This document shows positions 1 to 14,028 of a DNA stretch of 64,000 bases, one piece after another. The notes beneath the pieces are model-generated. The model was given only the letters and a program-made list of their open reading frames with translations, made no database searches and was not told the DNA's origin. Position numbers and translations under genes: made by a program. The first letter of the stretch is position 1, and each line of letters opens with the position of its first letter. This stretch comes from Mobula hypostoma (lineage: Eukaryota). The DNA lies in contig NC_086108.1 in assembly GCF_963921235.1 (NCBI RefSeq), positions 98,954,001 to 99,018,000 on the forward strand, written 5' to 3'.

Positions 1-925
1 GCAGCTAGAATAGATTGTGGTTGGGATGACTCGGGTCCCCAATGATCCTATGGGTCCTTTTTACACATCTGTCTTTGTAAATGTCCTGAATCATGGGAAG
101 TTCACAACTACAGATATGCTGGGCTGTTTGCACCACTCTCTGCAGAGTCCTGCAATTACGGGAGTGATACAGCCAGTCAGGATGCTCTCAATAGTGCCCC
201 TGTAGAAAGTTCTTAGGATTTGGGGGTCCATTCCAAACTTCTCAACCATCTAAGGTGAGAGAGGCGCTGTTGTGCCTTTTTCACCACACAGCTGGTCTGT
301 ACAGACCACGTGAGGTCTTCAGTGATGTGGATGCCGAGGAACTTAAAACTGTTTACCCTCTCAACTCCAGATCCATTTATGTCAATAGGGGTTAGCCCAC
401 CTCCATTCCTCCTGTAATCCACAACCAGCGCCTTTGTTTTTGCGACATTGAGGGAGAGGTTGTTTTCTTGACACCACTGTGTCAGAGAGATGACATCCTT
501 CCTGTAGGCCACCTCATTATTGTTTGAGATTGGGCTTATCAATGTAGTGTCGTTGGCAAATTTAATTAGCAGATTAGAGCTGTGGGTGGCAACACAGTCA
601 TGGGTATACAGGGAGTAAAGGAGGGGACAGTACACAGCCCTGAGGGGCTCTTGTTTTGAGAGTCAGAGGGGTGGAGGTGAGGGAGCCCACCCTTACCACC
701 TGCCGGCGATCTGACAGTAAGTCTAGGATCCTGCTGCACAAGGCAGGGTGAAGGCTGAGGTCTCTGAGTTTCTTGTTGAGCCTGGATGGAACTATGGTGT
801 CGAATGCTGAACTGTAGTCCAAGAACTGCATTCTTACATAAGCATCCTTCTTCTCCAGGTGTGTAAGGACGGTATGTAGAGCAGTGGCTATTGTGTCGTC
901 TGTCAATCGCTTGTGTCGGTAGGCG
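1..925 (-). mobile_element. Rex1/Babar-like non-LTR retrotransposon RT fragment (degenerate, frameshifted)
   Basis: Minus ORFs 598-906 ([20 protein letters not shown]) and 213-635 (LLIKFANDTT = FADD motif, WCQENNLSLNVAKTK, FKFLGIHI, KKAQQRL). Confidence 0.9.
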
Positions 926-959
926 CCAATATAGCATCATATCAAGCATCTCAATGGTT

Positions 960-1095
960 CTCCCTTCTGATGAAGTGTTTCGGCCTGAAACTTCAACTGT
1001 TTATTTCTCTCCACCGATGCTGCCCGACTTGCTGAGTTTTACCAGCACTGTATGTATTCCTTGATATATCCAGCTACTGCAGAACCTCATGTTCC
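960..1095 (+). repeat. Penelope-derived 3'-end repeat with decayed hammerhead motif
   Basis: CTGATGA-agtgtttcggcct-GAAA at 967-990, followed by the family tail (gatgctgcccgacttgctgag...ctgcagaa). Confidence 0.7.
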
Positions 1096-2201
1096 TGGCT
1101 CCTCTTTATCGAGAGCATGTCTCTTCTTCAAAGATCTCCAAATATATTGGTCAAGTACTATTTTCTTTTCATGAAACGATGTTGATTCTGCGTATGCTAC
1201 AATCATTTGTGTCATTTTGAGTGTTCATGCAACTAATAAGAAAGTCTAGGATTTTACATCATCTTTCACACTCCTTTCAGCATATTCAGAGGTGATTACT
1301 GCCAACAAAATATTTCTGAGAGGAGGCTATTATAGCAATATAGAAAATACGACAGTTAGTATGCACAATGCAAGTTCACAAAAATGGTATCATAATAATG
1401 ACAAGATGTAATAAATTGACTGAAGGATAAATATTGCCAAAGACTCTGAAGTTCAATTCCTACACTCCCTTGTGTCACGGGACCTTTTAGGTTCACTTGA
1501 GGAAGCAAATGGATTTTTGGCTTTCATATCTCATCCAAAAAACATTCGAGCCTGCAACTAACACTCAGTACAATGCTGGAAAATCACCCTGGATTCTGTG
1601 TGCAATTCTCATAACCAAAACTTGAACCCAAAATATTTTGACTTGAAAGCAACCAAAAACTAAGGAAGCTCCCTCCTCCGGCAACTATTTCACTCGGCAC
1701 TTTTCCTAAATTTTAAGCCAACTTGTAGAATTGATTCTGGTTCAGATTTAGATTTATTTATCGTATGTACATCAAAATGTAGAGCACCAGTTAAATTAAC
1801 AGCCAACACACCTAAGGATATGCTGGGGGCAGTCCAAAAGTATCACATTTCAGCAGCAAGCTAGCATGCCCACAATGACTACCACAACATAACAAGCCCC
1901 TTTCACTCACACACACAGTCCTCTTCTGATCTCCAACAGACATCAGGGCTCTGACCTCTAGAGAGGCTGAACCCAGGGACTTTGACCTTTGGGCTTCTAC
2001 CTCTAGATTCACCGCTCTTTGGACACGACCTTCATCACTGTCCTTCCAATTTCACCGACCTCTGAGTATCAACCCCAAGATTCATTAATAACAGGATTGA
2101 CCCTCAGGCCTCAATTCTTGGACTTGTCGGTCGAGGTTTTACCTCAACGTCTGTACGTATACAGACCTCCAACCCCAGTGACCAGTGGATTCACGGGCTC
2201 T

Positions 2202-3011
2202 CATAGTCATAGTCATAGTCATACTTTATTGATCCCGGGGGAAATTGGTCTTCGTTACAGTTGCATCATAAATAATAAATAGTAATAGAAATAGTAATAG
2301 TAATACTACTATTAGTGAATAGTAATAGTCATGGAAATAATAAATAGTAATAGAAAAATAGTAATAAATAGTTAATTAGTATTATGTAAATTATGCCAGT
2401 AAATTATGAAATAAGTCCAGGACCAGCCTATTGGTTCAGGGTGTCTGACCCTCCAAGGGAGGAGTTGTAAAGTTTGATGGCCACAGGCAAGAATGACTTC
2501 CTATGACGCTCTGTGCTGCATCTTGGAGGAATGAGTCTCTGGCTGAATGTACTCCTGTGCCCACCCAGTACATTATGTAGTGGTTGGGAGACATTGACCA
2601 AGATGGCATGCAACTTAGACAGCATCCTCTTTTCAGACACCACCGTGAGAGTGTCCAGTTCCATCCCCACAACATCACTGGCCTTACGAATGAGTTTGTT
2701 GATTCTGTTGGTGTCTGCTACCCTCAACCTGCTGCCCCAGCACACAACAGCAAACATGATAGCACTGGCCACCATAGACTCGTAGAACATCCTCAGCATC
2801 GTCCGGCAGATGATGAAGGACCTCAGTCTCCTCAGGAAATAGAGACAGCTCTGACCCTTCTTGTAGACAGCCTCAGTGTTATTAGACCAGTTCAGTTTAT
2901 TGTCAATTCGTATCCCAAGATATTTGTAATTCTCCACCATGTCCACACTGACCCCCTGGATGGAAACAGGGGTCACCAGTACCTTAGCTCTCCTCAGGTC
3001 TACCACCAGCT
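2202..3011 (-). mobile_element. Rex1-like LINE 3' fragment with (CATAGT)n tail
   Basis: ORF 2428-3114 (YKYLGIRIDNKLNW, LYFLRRLRSF, HRKSFLPVAIKLYN); tandem catagt at 2202-2223; AT-rich taatag repeats at 2270-2390. Confidence 0.85.
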
Positions 3012-5940
3012 CGTGACTCCCTCCCATATGGACCTCCAATCGGGACTCATCAATTTGGGGATTGCTGGTCTCCTCAGTGCCTGCCAACCTTAACTCTAGA
3101 ATTGCTGCTTTCAACTGCGGAGCACTCTGACTACCAGCTCCTGCTCGACCTCTAACTCTTCCTCATCCCTGTTCCTAAATCCTAGCCTGACCCCAACTCC
3201 CTGCGCAGTTTCTAAATCAATCCACACAAATCTAAGAAAACAGCTAAATCTGAGCCAATTTATCTACAGATTCTGTCCGATCCAACTCACTATTTAATTT
3301 GAACATCTTCTCCGGTAGTTCCTTGATACACAAAATAACCTACTTCTACTTTGGTTTTATGGGTTCTGAGATGCAAATGAGGTCAATATAGGAATTATAT
3401 ATTTGTTCACAGAGGGGGCGGCAGAGATTAACCAGGAGGGCAGTTAGGTAATTTGTGAAGTTGTTCACTCATCACTTTCCCAGTAACTCTGTATATACAG
3501 TATATTTCAGTATTTTATAACATGTCAATGGATGCAAAATACCCAAGTGAAATGCTGAAGTCCTAATAGGACAGCTGGCTTATATACAATAAACCAAATG
3601 AATCTTGGATCATTTCCCTAACTTTCTAAATGATTCGTATTTTGGTAGTACAGCAGGCAGAGGGAAGCAGAAATCCAAATTACTTTCTTAGTTCCATTCT
3701 CACAATGCACCACGCATAAATTGCTAAGGACAAGGCTAGCTCAACTAAACTGTTACAAAACTGAATATCGAGTGATGATACACATGTAGAACTTCATCCC
3801 ACAAAAATAATTCAAGCTCATTTGACAATCTGAGATAGAAAAATTTACCTCATTCACCCCAACACTGAACGGAGTCCACAACCTACGGACTGACTTCCAT
3901 GGACTCTACAACTTATTACTTATTGTTATCCCTTTCTGTATTTGCACAATTTGTTGTCTTTTGCACATTGGCTGTTTGTCTGTCTGCCTCTGCATATAGT
4001 TTTCTCATTGATTCTATTGTGTTTCTTTGTACTTACTGTGAATATCCAGAAGAAAATGAATGTCACTGTACTATATGATGACATATATAAATTTACTTTG
4101 AACTTTGAATGAAGCAAAGGCAGATGCATGGAGTTAAGAAACCATAACCCCATTGAACGTCAAAAACTAAAAAGGCTAAATGCACTCCTGGTCATAAATT
4201 GCACTCTGGCTCTTCACATCGATGGCGCTGAATACTGCTCTCTTGTTCCAAACCTGTGAAAATTTTATGATTCTATACGGTGATAAGTGCCTCTCTTTAC
4301 TATGAACCCAGAACCCAGGTGGCAGCCTCCCAGATCAAAGCAAGTCTGAACAGGCATGGTGAGTAAAGGCACAACTATTTCAGCGGCAGTAGTGGGGCTT
4401 TCACTACTGCTCAATCCTGCTCAACAAGTAGCAACTAACAAAAACCTGTCAGGTTGTCAGCAAGATACGCATTTTAACACCCAACCTCCTGCAAGCACCC
4501 ACTTGCACAATTTTAAAAGAGACTTAAACAAATATATAATCATTATATATACACATACACACAAGAATGCTCAGTGAATTAACACAAATATTCAAATGAA
4601 AACATTAGGATATTGGTGATAATGGCAGTAATGTGTTAATATTCCTTACTCATTTAGTGACCTTTTGACACCCATCTGATGTAGCATATATTACATTTGT
4701 GAAAGATATTCAAGATTTTTCTTTTGATTCCTAACTTTAGTTGGACTATAAGATTCTGGATAAAGTTAGGACAAAATCAAACTGAAATGAAATTTGCTTT
4801 ACGAACCCCCCCACACCACCCAAAACTGCACTGAGGCCCGCAATTAAGTACAAGGCGGGGTGGGGGGGGGGAGAGGGAGCATGGCAACATGCACACAAAT
4901 GTTTTTTTTTCTTTAACATCTGGGTTGAATTAAATATTGATTAGATAATGCAGTCCATGTGTTAAAGCACTTATTTTAAAAGCTTGCATTATGCCTATAT
5001 GGACTGAATGGGGGGAAAAGCCAATGCATAAGCTCCCTATGTTCACATGCAAAAAATGGGGCTCACCCAAATACTGGAGATCCATGACAATATAGGTTTG
5101 TACCTCTCTATTTGTTGAATAGGTAGCCCATTTCAGTAATGTACAAATAAGGAACTAAAATATAAATAACTGCCCAGAAAAGTACTACTAAAATTAACGT
5201 GCCAGCAAAACATTAGAAGTGAAACAAGTTTCATAGTAGACAGTGTATGAAAAAATTCCACTGAAAAGAGGGATGCAGTATTTCTGCTAGCACTAGCCAA
5301 AGATGCCTCTGCCCCAACACTAACCTAAGAAACAAAGCTAAATCCATAGACCACCAAATTTAGCAAAAGACCTTGGATGCCAAAGAAAAAATCTAATATT
5401 ATGTGTCTTTATCTCCCATATGAGATCCTGCAATGACAATCTACAAAATCATATTGAAAAAAAAACTAGAATCAGTATTCCCTTCAATATAAGTATCTTC
5501 AAAATTCACAACTAATCATCCTCTCATGAAAGGGATAACCAACTTTGGGGGCCCATTCAACTTTATATGCAAACAAATGGTTGGGAGTTGTTTGGTATTG
5601 TTTACCTCTCTGTCAAAAATGCCAAGGTACATGATCCACTGAAAGATCAAATAACATTAAGGAACAACTCAGAAAATAACTCAAATTACACCGCTTTTTC
5701 ACACCATTAAGTACAGACATGGATGAAATGTTAAACAGTAATGGGCTACTCAAGGACACATTTTTAAAAAATGTTGATGTTATGAAGGTATCAGGTTAGA
5801 TCCCAAATCTCTGCCTATTCTGAAATTTGCTCCACATTAACTGAAGTTAACTTGAAATATGGCAGATTTAGTAATTAAGTTGCTCAAATAACATAAATTA
5901 CACCAAAATTTCCAATGAAGTTTTAGATGCAGATTGCAGT

Positions 5941-6705
5941 TAGAACATAGAAATTTACAGCACATTACAGGCAGTTCGGCCTACAATATTGTGCCGACCA
6001 CATAACCTACTCTAGAAACTGCCTAGAATTACCTTACCGCATAGCTCTCTAATTTTCTAAGCTACATGTACCTAAGAGACTCTTAAAGGACACTACAGTA
6101 TCCGCCTCCATCGCCATCATTGGCAGTGCATTCTATGTACCCACCACTCCCTGTGCAAAAAATTCACCCCTGACATCTCCTCTATACCTATTTCCAAACG
6201 CCTTAAAACTATGCCCCCTCGTGTTAGCCATTTTAGCCCTGGGAAAAAGCCTCTGGCTACCCACACGATCAATGCCTCTCATCATCTTATACACCTCTAT
6301 CAGGTCAACTCTCAACCTCTGTCGCTCCAAGGAGAAAAGGCTGAGTTCACTCAACCTATTCTCATAAGGCATACTCTCCAATCCAGGCAACACCCTTGTA
6401 AATCTCCTCTGCACCCTTTCTATAGTTTCCACATATTTCCTGTAGTGAGGTGACCAGAACTGAACACAGTACTCCAAGTGGGGTCTGAGCAAGGTCTTAT
6501 ATAGCTGTAACATTACCTCACGGCTCTTGAACTCACTCAAGAGTTGCTGAATGCCAACACACCATACGCCTTCTTAACAACACTGTCAACCTGTGCAGCA
6601 GCTTTAAATGTCCTATGGACACGGACCCCAATAACATTAGATTCCACCTTCAAATTTGACCTACCAAAATGAACCACTTCACACTTATTTGGGTTGAATT
6701 CCAGT
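5941..6705 (-). mobile_element. CR1 LINE 3' fragment
   Basis: ORF 6133-6540 (LYKTLLRPHLEYCVQFWSPHY, ERVQRRFTR, TRGHSFK); tail tagaacatagaa at 5941. Confidence 0.9.
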
Positions 6706-7312
6706 TACCTCTGCTACATTCAACAACTGAAGACCCACTTCTATCCACTGCCATTCCAACCCTAGAACATAAGCTCTGTCTGGGTTTCAACTGCACTTTG
6801 TTTTCTTGAGTCACTACAAAGGACTGAGTTGTTTGGAAGAAAAATTACAAGTGCACGACATATTGCTAACAGCAGCTCATGCTCTTTTTAGGCAGACCTT
6901 CAAGATTATGCATTATTTACTTCGACTCTAGTTGTAAAAAAAAAGCCAAAGTAGAACACTTAAACCCTACCAGATAATGGTAGGAAGTGTCTGAAGGATA
7001 TGGAGAGCCATAGTCCAGGTGCAAGTCGATGGAACTAGGCAGAGTAACAGTTCGGCATGAACTAAATGGGTCCAAGGGCTTGTTTCTGTGCTACAGTGCT
7101 CTACAATTCCATGATAGATGGGCAGTTTCTGAGGTACTACTTCTTCTGCCATTTATGCAGGCTTTCTGCTGCACCCAAGGCATGGAGTTCAAAGTTCTCA
7201 ATGTCATCCTGAATGAGCCTTCTCCATTTTAAGCTGTTGTGAGCCTAGAAGTCACAGTTACCAGTAGTACTATGCAGCAACTTTAAAAGATGGTACTAAG
7301 AACCCCTTAGAC

Positions 7313-7392
7313 TAAGGGTTCCCAATCTTTTTTATACCATGGTCCACTACCATTAATTGAGGGGTCCGTGGAACTCAGGATGGGAACTCTTT
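7313..7392 (+). mobile_element. 80-bp hAT (Charlie-like) MITE
   Basis: TIR-like ends agggttcccaa / tgggaactct; perfect 8-bp TSD ccttagac at 7305-7312 and 7393-7400. Confidence 0.85.
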
Positions 7393-8264
7393 CCTTAGAC
7401 TCACTTCCTCTGCCTCCTTTCCAGCTTAGGGCCAGTATCGTAAGTCTGGAATTGGGCACGCAAATGACATGGAGCTGGCAATGTAATTTATGGCTGAATG
7501 CTGGGAATGTTACATTGGGAGAGGATGATGATGTTGGTTCACTTATCTTGGTTCTACTAGGCTCAAACACCCAAGACATTGTCCTATTAAAAGGAAGAAC
7601 AGAGGCACAGGAAAGACAGGCAATCTTCATGCACTGGATCACCAGTGATCTCCTCAACCATGACACTAGTCTCTACAGGAGTTCCCTGGACCCCATCAGC
7701 CATTTTCATCCAGCCTTGCCAGCACTCCCGAAATCAAATCAAAACAGTCATATGATAATTTTAAAATCTTAGGAAGCAGTCTGCTAAATTTTTTAAAACC
7801 TGGCAGTGAGAAACATCAGTCACAATATACAAGCCCATGGCACAAACAACGGAAAGAAGAGTTTATGTAAGGAAGTCCCAGGGATGTCATAATCATGAGC
7901 ATCTTGAAGAATATCTCCTTTAGTTCAAATGTGGTAACTACAGATGCATCTTCTTGGTCTGCTAAATGTCAAGCTTCCCCGAATGCCTCTTACCAGCTGC
8001 TCCCCAATTCATACTGTGGATTCCATCCATTTAGAAGCACAGCTGAAATGATACTCATTGTACGCCAACTCCAAGTGTAGATACAGTACCACTTTATACC
8101 GCATTTTTCAAACTTATTAGCCTTTGTCAACAGTAAAGTTGTTGCAACAGCTGCATTCTTAATGACTGATGGTAGACCATCCCATTCTGACATAAACAGG
8201 CCACAATATCACAGGAAGTCAGAACAAGCAACGTTTGCAGGATTAACTATATAAATCTGTAAAT

Positions 8265-8640
8265 ACAGACCTGATGAAGGGTCTCAGCCTGAAACATCAA
8301 CTGTTTATTCCTCTCCATAAGTGCTACTTGACTTGCTGAGTTTCTCCAGGATTTTCTGTAGGTTACGCAAGATCTCCAGCACGAACAGAATCTCATGTTT
8401 TTGATATATTCATGCTTCTGAGTTTGGAATCTGGCTTGATTATTTCTCTTCACTCTATATTGGCAACTGTGCTCGTTCCATAAAATCCCTCTGATTTCAC
8501 TAGTCAAAATGACTTTTAAGACCATCCTTAAAACCTCAAACACAAGGAAATCTGCAGATGCTGGAACTGAATGCAGCAGGTCAGGCAGCACCTCTAGGAA
8601 GAGGTACAGTTGATGTTTCGGGCTGAGACCCTTCATCAAC
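8265..8640. repeat. Two Penelope-derived 3'-end repeats in opposite orientation, each with a hammerhead remnant
   Basis: Plus copy: CTGATGAagggtctcagcctGAAAcatc at 8271-8298. Minus copy at ~8540-8640 reads tgatgaagggtctcagcccgaaacatcaact. Confidence 0.75.
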
Positions 8641-8869
8641 CTGCTTACTTGATCGAGCTTTCAATCACTTCTTTTTGATCAAATTCATAATGTTGGAATT
8701 TTACAGGACATATAGATGTGTGCAAGTGTTATCTTGGAAATAAATAGTTTTATTCGGATTTCTTCATTTGTTTGTTTGTATGCTAATTAAATCAGGTGAT
8801 TATGCTTCTTGCCCATCAATGACTTACCAAGTATTGAGTTTAACTTGTGTGAATGTCAGCTGTTTATTT

Positions 8870-9085
8870 TATTTTTAGAGATACAGCAGAAAACAGGCCC
8901 TTTTGGACCAATGAGCCACACTACCCAGGAACCTATCTATTTAAGACCAGCCTAATCACAGGATAATTTATAATGACCAATTAACCTACAAACCCATAAA
9001 TCTTTGGACTGTGGGAGGAAACCGGAGCACCCAGAAGAAACCCATGCTGTTCATGGGGAGAATGTACAAACTCTTTACAGATGAG
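8870..9085 (-). mobile_element. V-domain (HE1-like) SINE fragment
   Basis: tctttggactgtgggaggaaaccggagcacccagaagaaacccat...ggggagaatgtacaaactc is the reverse complement of the V-SINE core seen at 28440-28520. Confidence 0.75.
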
Positions 9086-11153
9086 CTGGTCGTGGAAGTC
9101 AGATAGTGAGGCATGTTTGAATGGTGGATAGAATGTCAGTTAAGCTTTGTCCAAGATGGCATCAAATTTATTAAGTGTTTTGTTCGTGGAAGTCTAATTC
9201 TCTCAGCAGGGTAGTCAGCAGCCTCTGATCTGCTCTCAGTATTTGTGGGATGCAAATGTTACCTGCTGCTTGTAAAGCAAATCTTGAACATTGCTCAAAT
9301 CTTGCTGTGTGCAGGCAAGAATTGCTTTAATTTTCAAAGGAATTGAACATTGTGCAATAATTTCTACATTTTTCCTTTTGATGGAAGGAATATATTGAGT
9401 CACAAAAGATTGACTATCTGAGATTAAGTATTGAAAAGTTCCTGCAGTGATACTCTGGGATTGAGAGGACCATATTTCTTTGTGCAAGGTACGACCACAA
9501 CTGCCAGTGAGGTAATCCCTGATTTCAGTTTTATCAGAACTCATCGATATCACACTTAACTCAAATGCTGCCCCAGAGTCAAGGCCAGTCATTCACTAAT
9601 CTATGTTTGTACCACACTATGAAGATGTCTAGAGCCAAGAGACCCTAGAGGAATCCAAATGGAGCACAGTTGCACAGGTTATAGTAGAGCAAATGTTATG
9701 TGTTATAATTCACGGTCAACAGCTTTGGTCTTAACACAGAATGATAGGAGCACTGAATCGTCAGAGCACAGGAGGTTATTTGGCCCAGCACGTACAAGGA
9801 GACTCAACCAGAGTGACTCGTTAGCTCCAGTCCCAAGCGTATTCTCATTACACTTGTAAATTTCTCTTCATTTATCTAATTCCCTCCTTATATCTACAAT
9901 GGGCATTCTTAGCATCTGCAGACAGCAAGTTCCAGATTCCAACCATATACTACACAGCAGAACTTTAGTGAAAATGCGTAGGTAGATGGGAGAAGAAATT
10001 TAATCTGAGAAAGGTAGTATATTTGGATAAGGATAAGAACAGCAATGGAAATTAGAAAGGACATAGTCCTAAAAGGAGCACAAACACAAAAGATCTTTAA
10101 GTATTTGTGCAAAGCTTATTGAAAGTGGGAGGGTCAGTTGATGAAGTGGTTGAAAAAAAGGCATACGGTAGCCTGGCCTTGATCTACACCTATTTCAAGT
10201 ATATTCAAAAAAAATCATGATGTACTTTAAGGCATTAGTTTGATAACTAATTCATCTAAGCAGTTCTGGGCAGCACATTAGGAAAAATGTAAAGGTTTAG
10301 GGAGACTGCAAGGAATTTATGGCAATGATTCCAGGGACGAACAACTTTAGTTACATGGACAAATTGAAAAACTAATGATGTTCTCATCTGAACAGACCAG
10401 GTTCCACTGAAGTAACTGTGTACTTGACACTGCTAGAAAATTTGTTCTGAGTAAAGGGTCAAGAACTGGAATGAAGGCAACTTGCAAAAGTGACACAAGG
10501 AGAATTATTTTTGTATAAATGCAGACTGTGATTCCATGAAAATTCTGGTTCATAATGTCAAGTTAATCAAGGAAAGTTAAGTCAAAAAGGGTACCACTGC
10601 AATTGTCAGCATTGTGTATAAGATGATTGATGATCAGGTGAAAGGGGTCAAGTATATGGATGAGGCAGTACTCATAGACAGCTCCTACAAGACTCAAAAA
10701 GCAAAAGAGCTGGATAGGATAACAAATGTTTCCTGGAAATGTTTCAATGTTAAGGTAATCATCTTAATGGGGATAAGCCATGGTTTTGCTAAAGAAGGAA
10801 ACTGTATCACTATCAGAAAAAAATGTCTTTGCTCATGTTTGTGACTAGCTCATCAACGCAGAAAGCACCAAATAAAAGCACGAAAATATTTTTTTCCAGA
10901 AGGCCTTCAAACGTGCCAAGAGGTAGTCTTTATAGTCACCACCAAGTTCTTAAAATAAGAGCAACTATACACTGGCAGTAAAGAGGTGGCTGGAGGTCAA
11001 ATATCTCAGCTACAGGACATCTCTGCAGGAGTTCCTCAGGAGAGTATACTATCTTCATTTACTACTTTAATGACCTTCCTTCAATTGTATGATCAGAAGT
11101 AGGAATGCTCGCACAACATTGAGTACCAACTTTTTCGCACCTCCTCAGATAAT

Positions 11154-14028
11154 TTTGGAGATGTTGATCACAATTCTATCTCCTTTACCATAGCATTGGA
11201 AAGGGATAGAAAAAGACAAGTTAGGAAAGCATTTAATTGGAGTAAGGGGAAATATCAGGCTATCAGGCAGGAACTTAGAAGCATAAACTGGAAACAGATG
11301 TTCTCAGGGAAACATACGGAAGAAATGTGACAAATGTTCAGGGGATATTTGCGTGGGGTTCTGCATAGGTACGTTCCAATGAGACAGGGAAAGGATGATA
11401 CAGGAACTGTAGTGTACAAAGGCAAGAGGTAAATCCAGTCAAGAAGAAAAGAAGAGTTTACGAAAGGTTCAAAAACTAGGTAATGATAGAGATCCAGAAG
11501 ATTATAAGGCTAGCAGGAAGGAGCTTAAGAATGAAATTAGGAGAGCCAGAAAGGGCCATGAGAAGGCCTTGGCAGACAGGATTAAGGAAAACCCTAAGGC
11601 ATTCTACAAGTATGTGATGAGCAAGAGGATAGGAAAAGAGAGAATAGGACCAATCAAGTGTGACAGTGGAAAAGTGTGTACGGAACCAGAGGAGATAGCA
11701 GAGGTACTTAATGAATACTTTGCTTCAGTATTCACTAAGGAAAAGGATCTTGGTGATTGTAGGGATGACTTATAGTGGACTGAAAAGCTTGGGCATGTAG
11801 CTATTACAGAAGAGGATCTGCTGGAGCTTTTGGAAAGCATCAAGTTGGATAAGTCACGGGGACCGGACGAGATGTACCCCAGGCTAGTGTGGGAGCAGAG
11901 GGAGGACATGCTGAGCCTCGGGCGATGATCTTTGCATCATCAATGGGGACGGGAGAGGTTCCGGAGGATTGGAGGGTTGCGAATGTTGTTCTCTTATTCA
12001 AGAAAGGGAGTAGAGCTAGCCCAGGGAATTATAGACCAGTGAGTCTTACTTCAGTGGTTGGTAAATTGATAGAGAAGATCCTGAGAGGTAGGATTTATGA
12101 ACTTTTGGAGAGGAATAATATAATTAGGAGTAGTCAGCATGGCTTTGTCAAAGGCAGATCATGCCTTACGAGCCTAATTGAATTTTCTGAGGATGCGACT
12201 AAACACATTGATGAAGGAAGAGCAGTAGATGTAGCGTATATGGATTTCAGCAAGGCATTTGATAAGGTACCCCATGCAAGGCTTATTGAAAAAGTAAGGA
12301 GGCATGGGATCCAAGGGGACATTGCTTTGTGGATCCAGAAATGGCTTGCCCACAGAAGGCAAAGAGTGGTTGTAGACGGGTCATATTCTGCATGGAGGTC
12401 GGTGACCAGTGGTATGTCTCAGGGATCTGTTCTGGGACCCCTACTCTTCTGATTTTTATAAATGACCTGGATGAGGAAGTAGAGGGATGGGTTAGTAAAT
12501 TTGCTGATGTCTCAAAAGTTGGGGGTGTTGTGGATAGTGTGGAGGGCTGTCAGAGTTTACAGTGGGACATTGATAGGATGCAAAACCAGGCTGAGAAGAG
12601 GTAGATGGAGTTCAACCCAAATAAGTGTGAGGTGGTTCATTCTGGTGGGTCAAATATGATGGCAGAATATACTATTAATGGTAAGACTCTTGGTAGTGTG
12701 GGGGATCAGAGGGATCTTGGGGTCGGAGCCCATAGGACATTCAAAGCAGCTGCACAGGTTGACTCTGTGGTTAAGGCGACATACGGTGCATTGGCCTTCA
12801 TCAATCGTGTGATTTGAGTTTTAAGAGCCGAGAGGTAATGTTGCAGCTCTTGGACCCTGGTCAGACCCCACCTGGAGTACTGTGCTCAATTCTGGTTGCC
12901 TCACTACAGGAAGGATGTGGAAACCATAGAAAGGGTACAGAGGATATTTACAAGGATGTTGCCTGGATTGGGGAGCATGCCTTATGAAAATTGGAGTGAA
13001 CTCGGCCTTTTCTCCTTGGAGCGACAGAGGATGACAGGTGACCTGATAGAGGTGTACAAGATGATGTGAGGCATTGATTGTGTGGATAGTCGGAGGCTTT
13101 TTCCCAGTGCTGAAATGGCTAGCATGAGAGGGCACAGTTTTAAGCTGCTTGGAAGTAGCTGTCAGAGGAGATGTCAAGAGTAAGTTGTTGTTGTTGTTTT
13201 TAAAAGCAAACAGAGAAAATCTGCAGATGCTGGAAATTCAAGCAACACACACAAAATGCTGGTGGAACGCAGCAGGCCAGGCAGCATCTATAGGAAGAAG
13301 TACAGTCAACATTTCGGGTCAAGATCCTTTGTCAGGACTAAGAGAAAAAAGAGATAGTAAGAGATGTGAAAGTTGGAGGGGGAGGGATGAAGCCAAGAGC
13401 TGGGAAGTAGATTGGCAAAAGGCCTTCTGTCCCATGATATTCTCCCATGGAGGGATATGGTCCGTGTGCAAGTCAGTGGGACTAGGCAGAAAATGGTTCG
13501 GCACAGCCAAGAAGGGCCAAAAGGCCTGTTTCTGTGCTGTAGTTTTTCAATGGCTTCTTTCTATGGTTTCTCCAGCTTGTATCCCTTTTGCCAATTTACT
13601 TCCCAACTCTTGGCTTCACCCCTCCCCTTCCTGTCCTCTCCTATCCTTTCTGGTCTTCCCCTCTCCCTCCCACTTTCAAATCTCTTACCATCTCTTTTTT
13701 TCCGTTAGACCTGACAAAGAGTCTCGACCAGAAATGTCAACTGTACTTCTTCCTAGAGATGCTGCCTGCCCTGCTGCGTTCCACCAGCATTGTGTGTGTT
13801 GCTTGTTGTTTTTTTTATGCTGAGTGGTGAGTGCGTGGAATGGGCTGCTGGTGACGGTGGTGGAGGCGGATACGATAGGGTCTTTTAAGAAACTCCTGGA
13901 TAGGTACGTATAGCTTAGAAAAAGAGAGGGCTATGTGTAACCCTTGGTAATTTCTAAGGTGAGGACATGTTTCGCAGAGCTTTGTGGGCCAAAGGGCCTG
14001 TATTGTGCTGTAGGTTTTCTATGTTTCT
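11154..14028 (+). mobile_element. 5'-truncated CR1 LINE, ORF2 pseudogene
   Basis: ORF fragments [59 protein letters not shown]; (ctatgttt)n tail at ~14018-14028. Confidence 0.93.
13208..13806. mobile_element. Inverted pair of Penelope 3' ends inserted in CR1, with a CR1-tail fragment (~13449-13570) inside
   Basis: 13208-13421 is the reverse complement of ~13580-13805. Both arms carry decayed hammerhead motifs (~13304-13339 minus, ~13707-13742 plus). Confidence 0.8.

Noticed and set aside
5104..5154. Possible 51-nt minus-strand exon (ttttag|FLICTLLKWATYSTNRE|gtacaa)
   Set aside because: Weak donor and unrecognised peptide; such AG..GT pairs arise often by chance.
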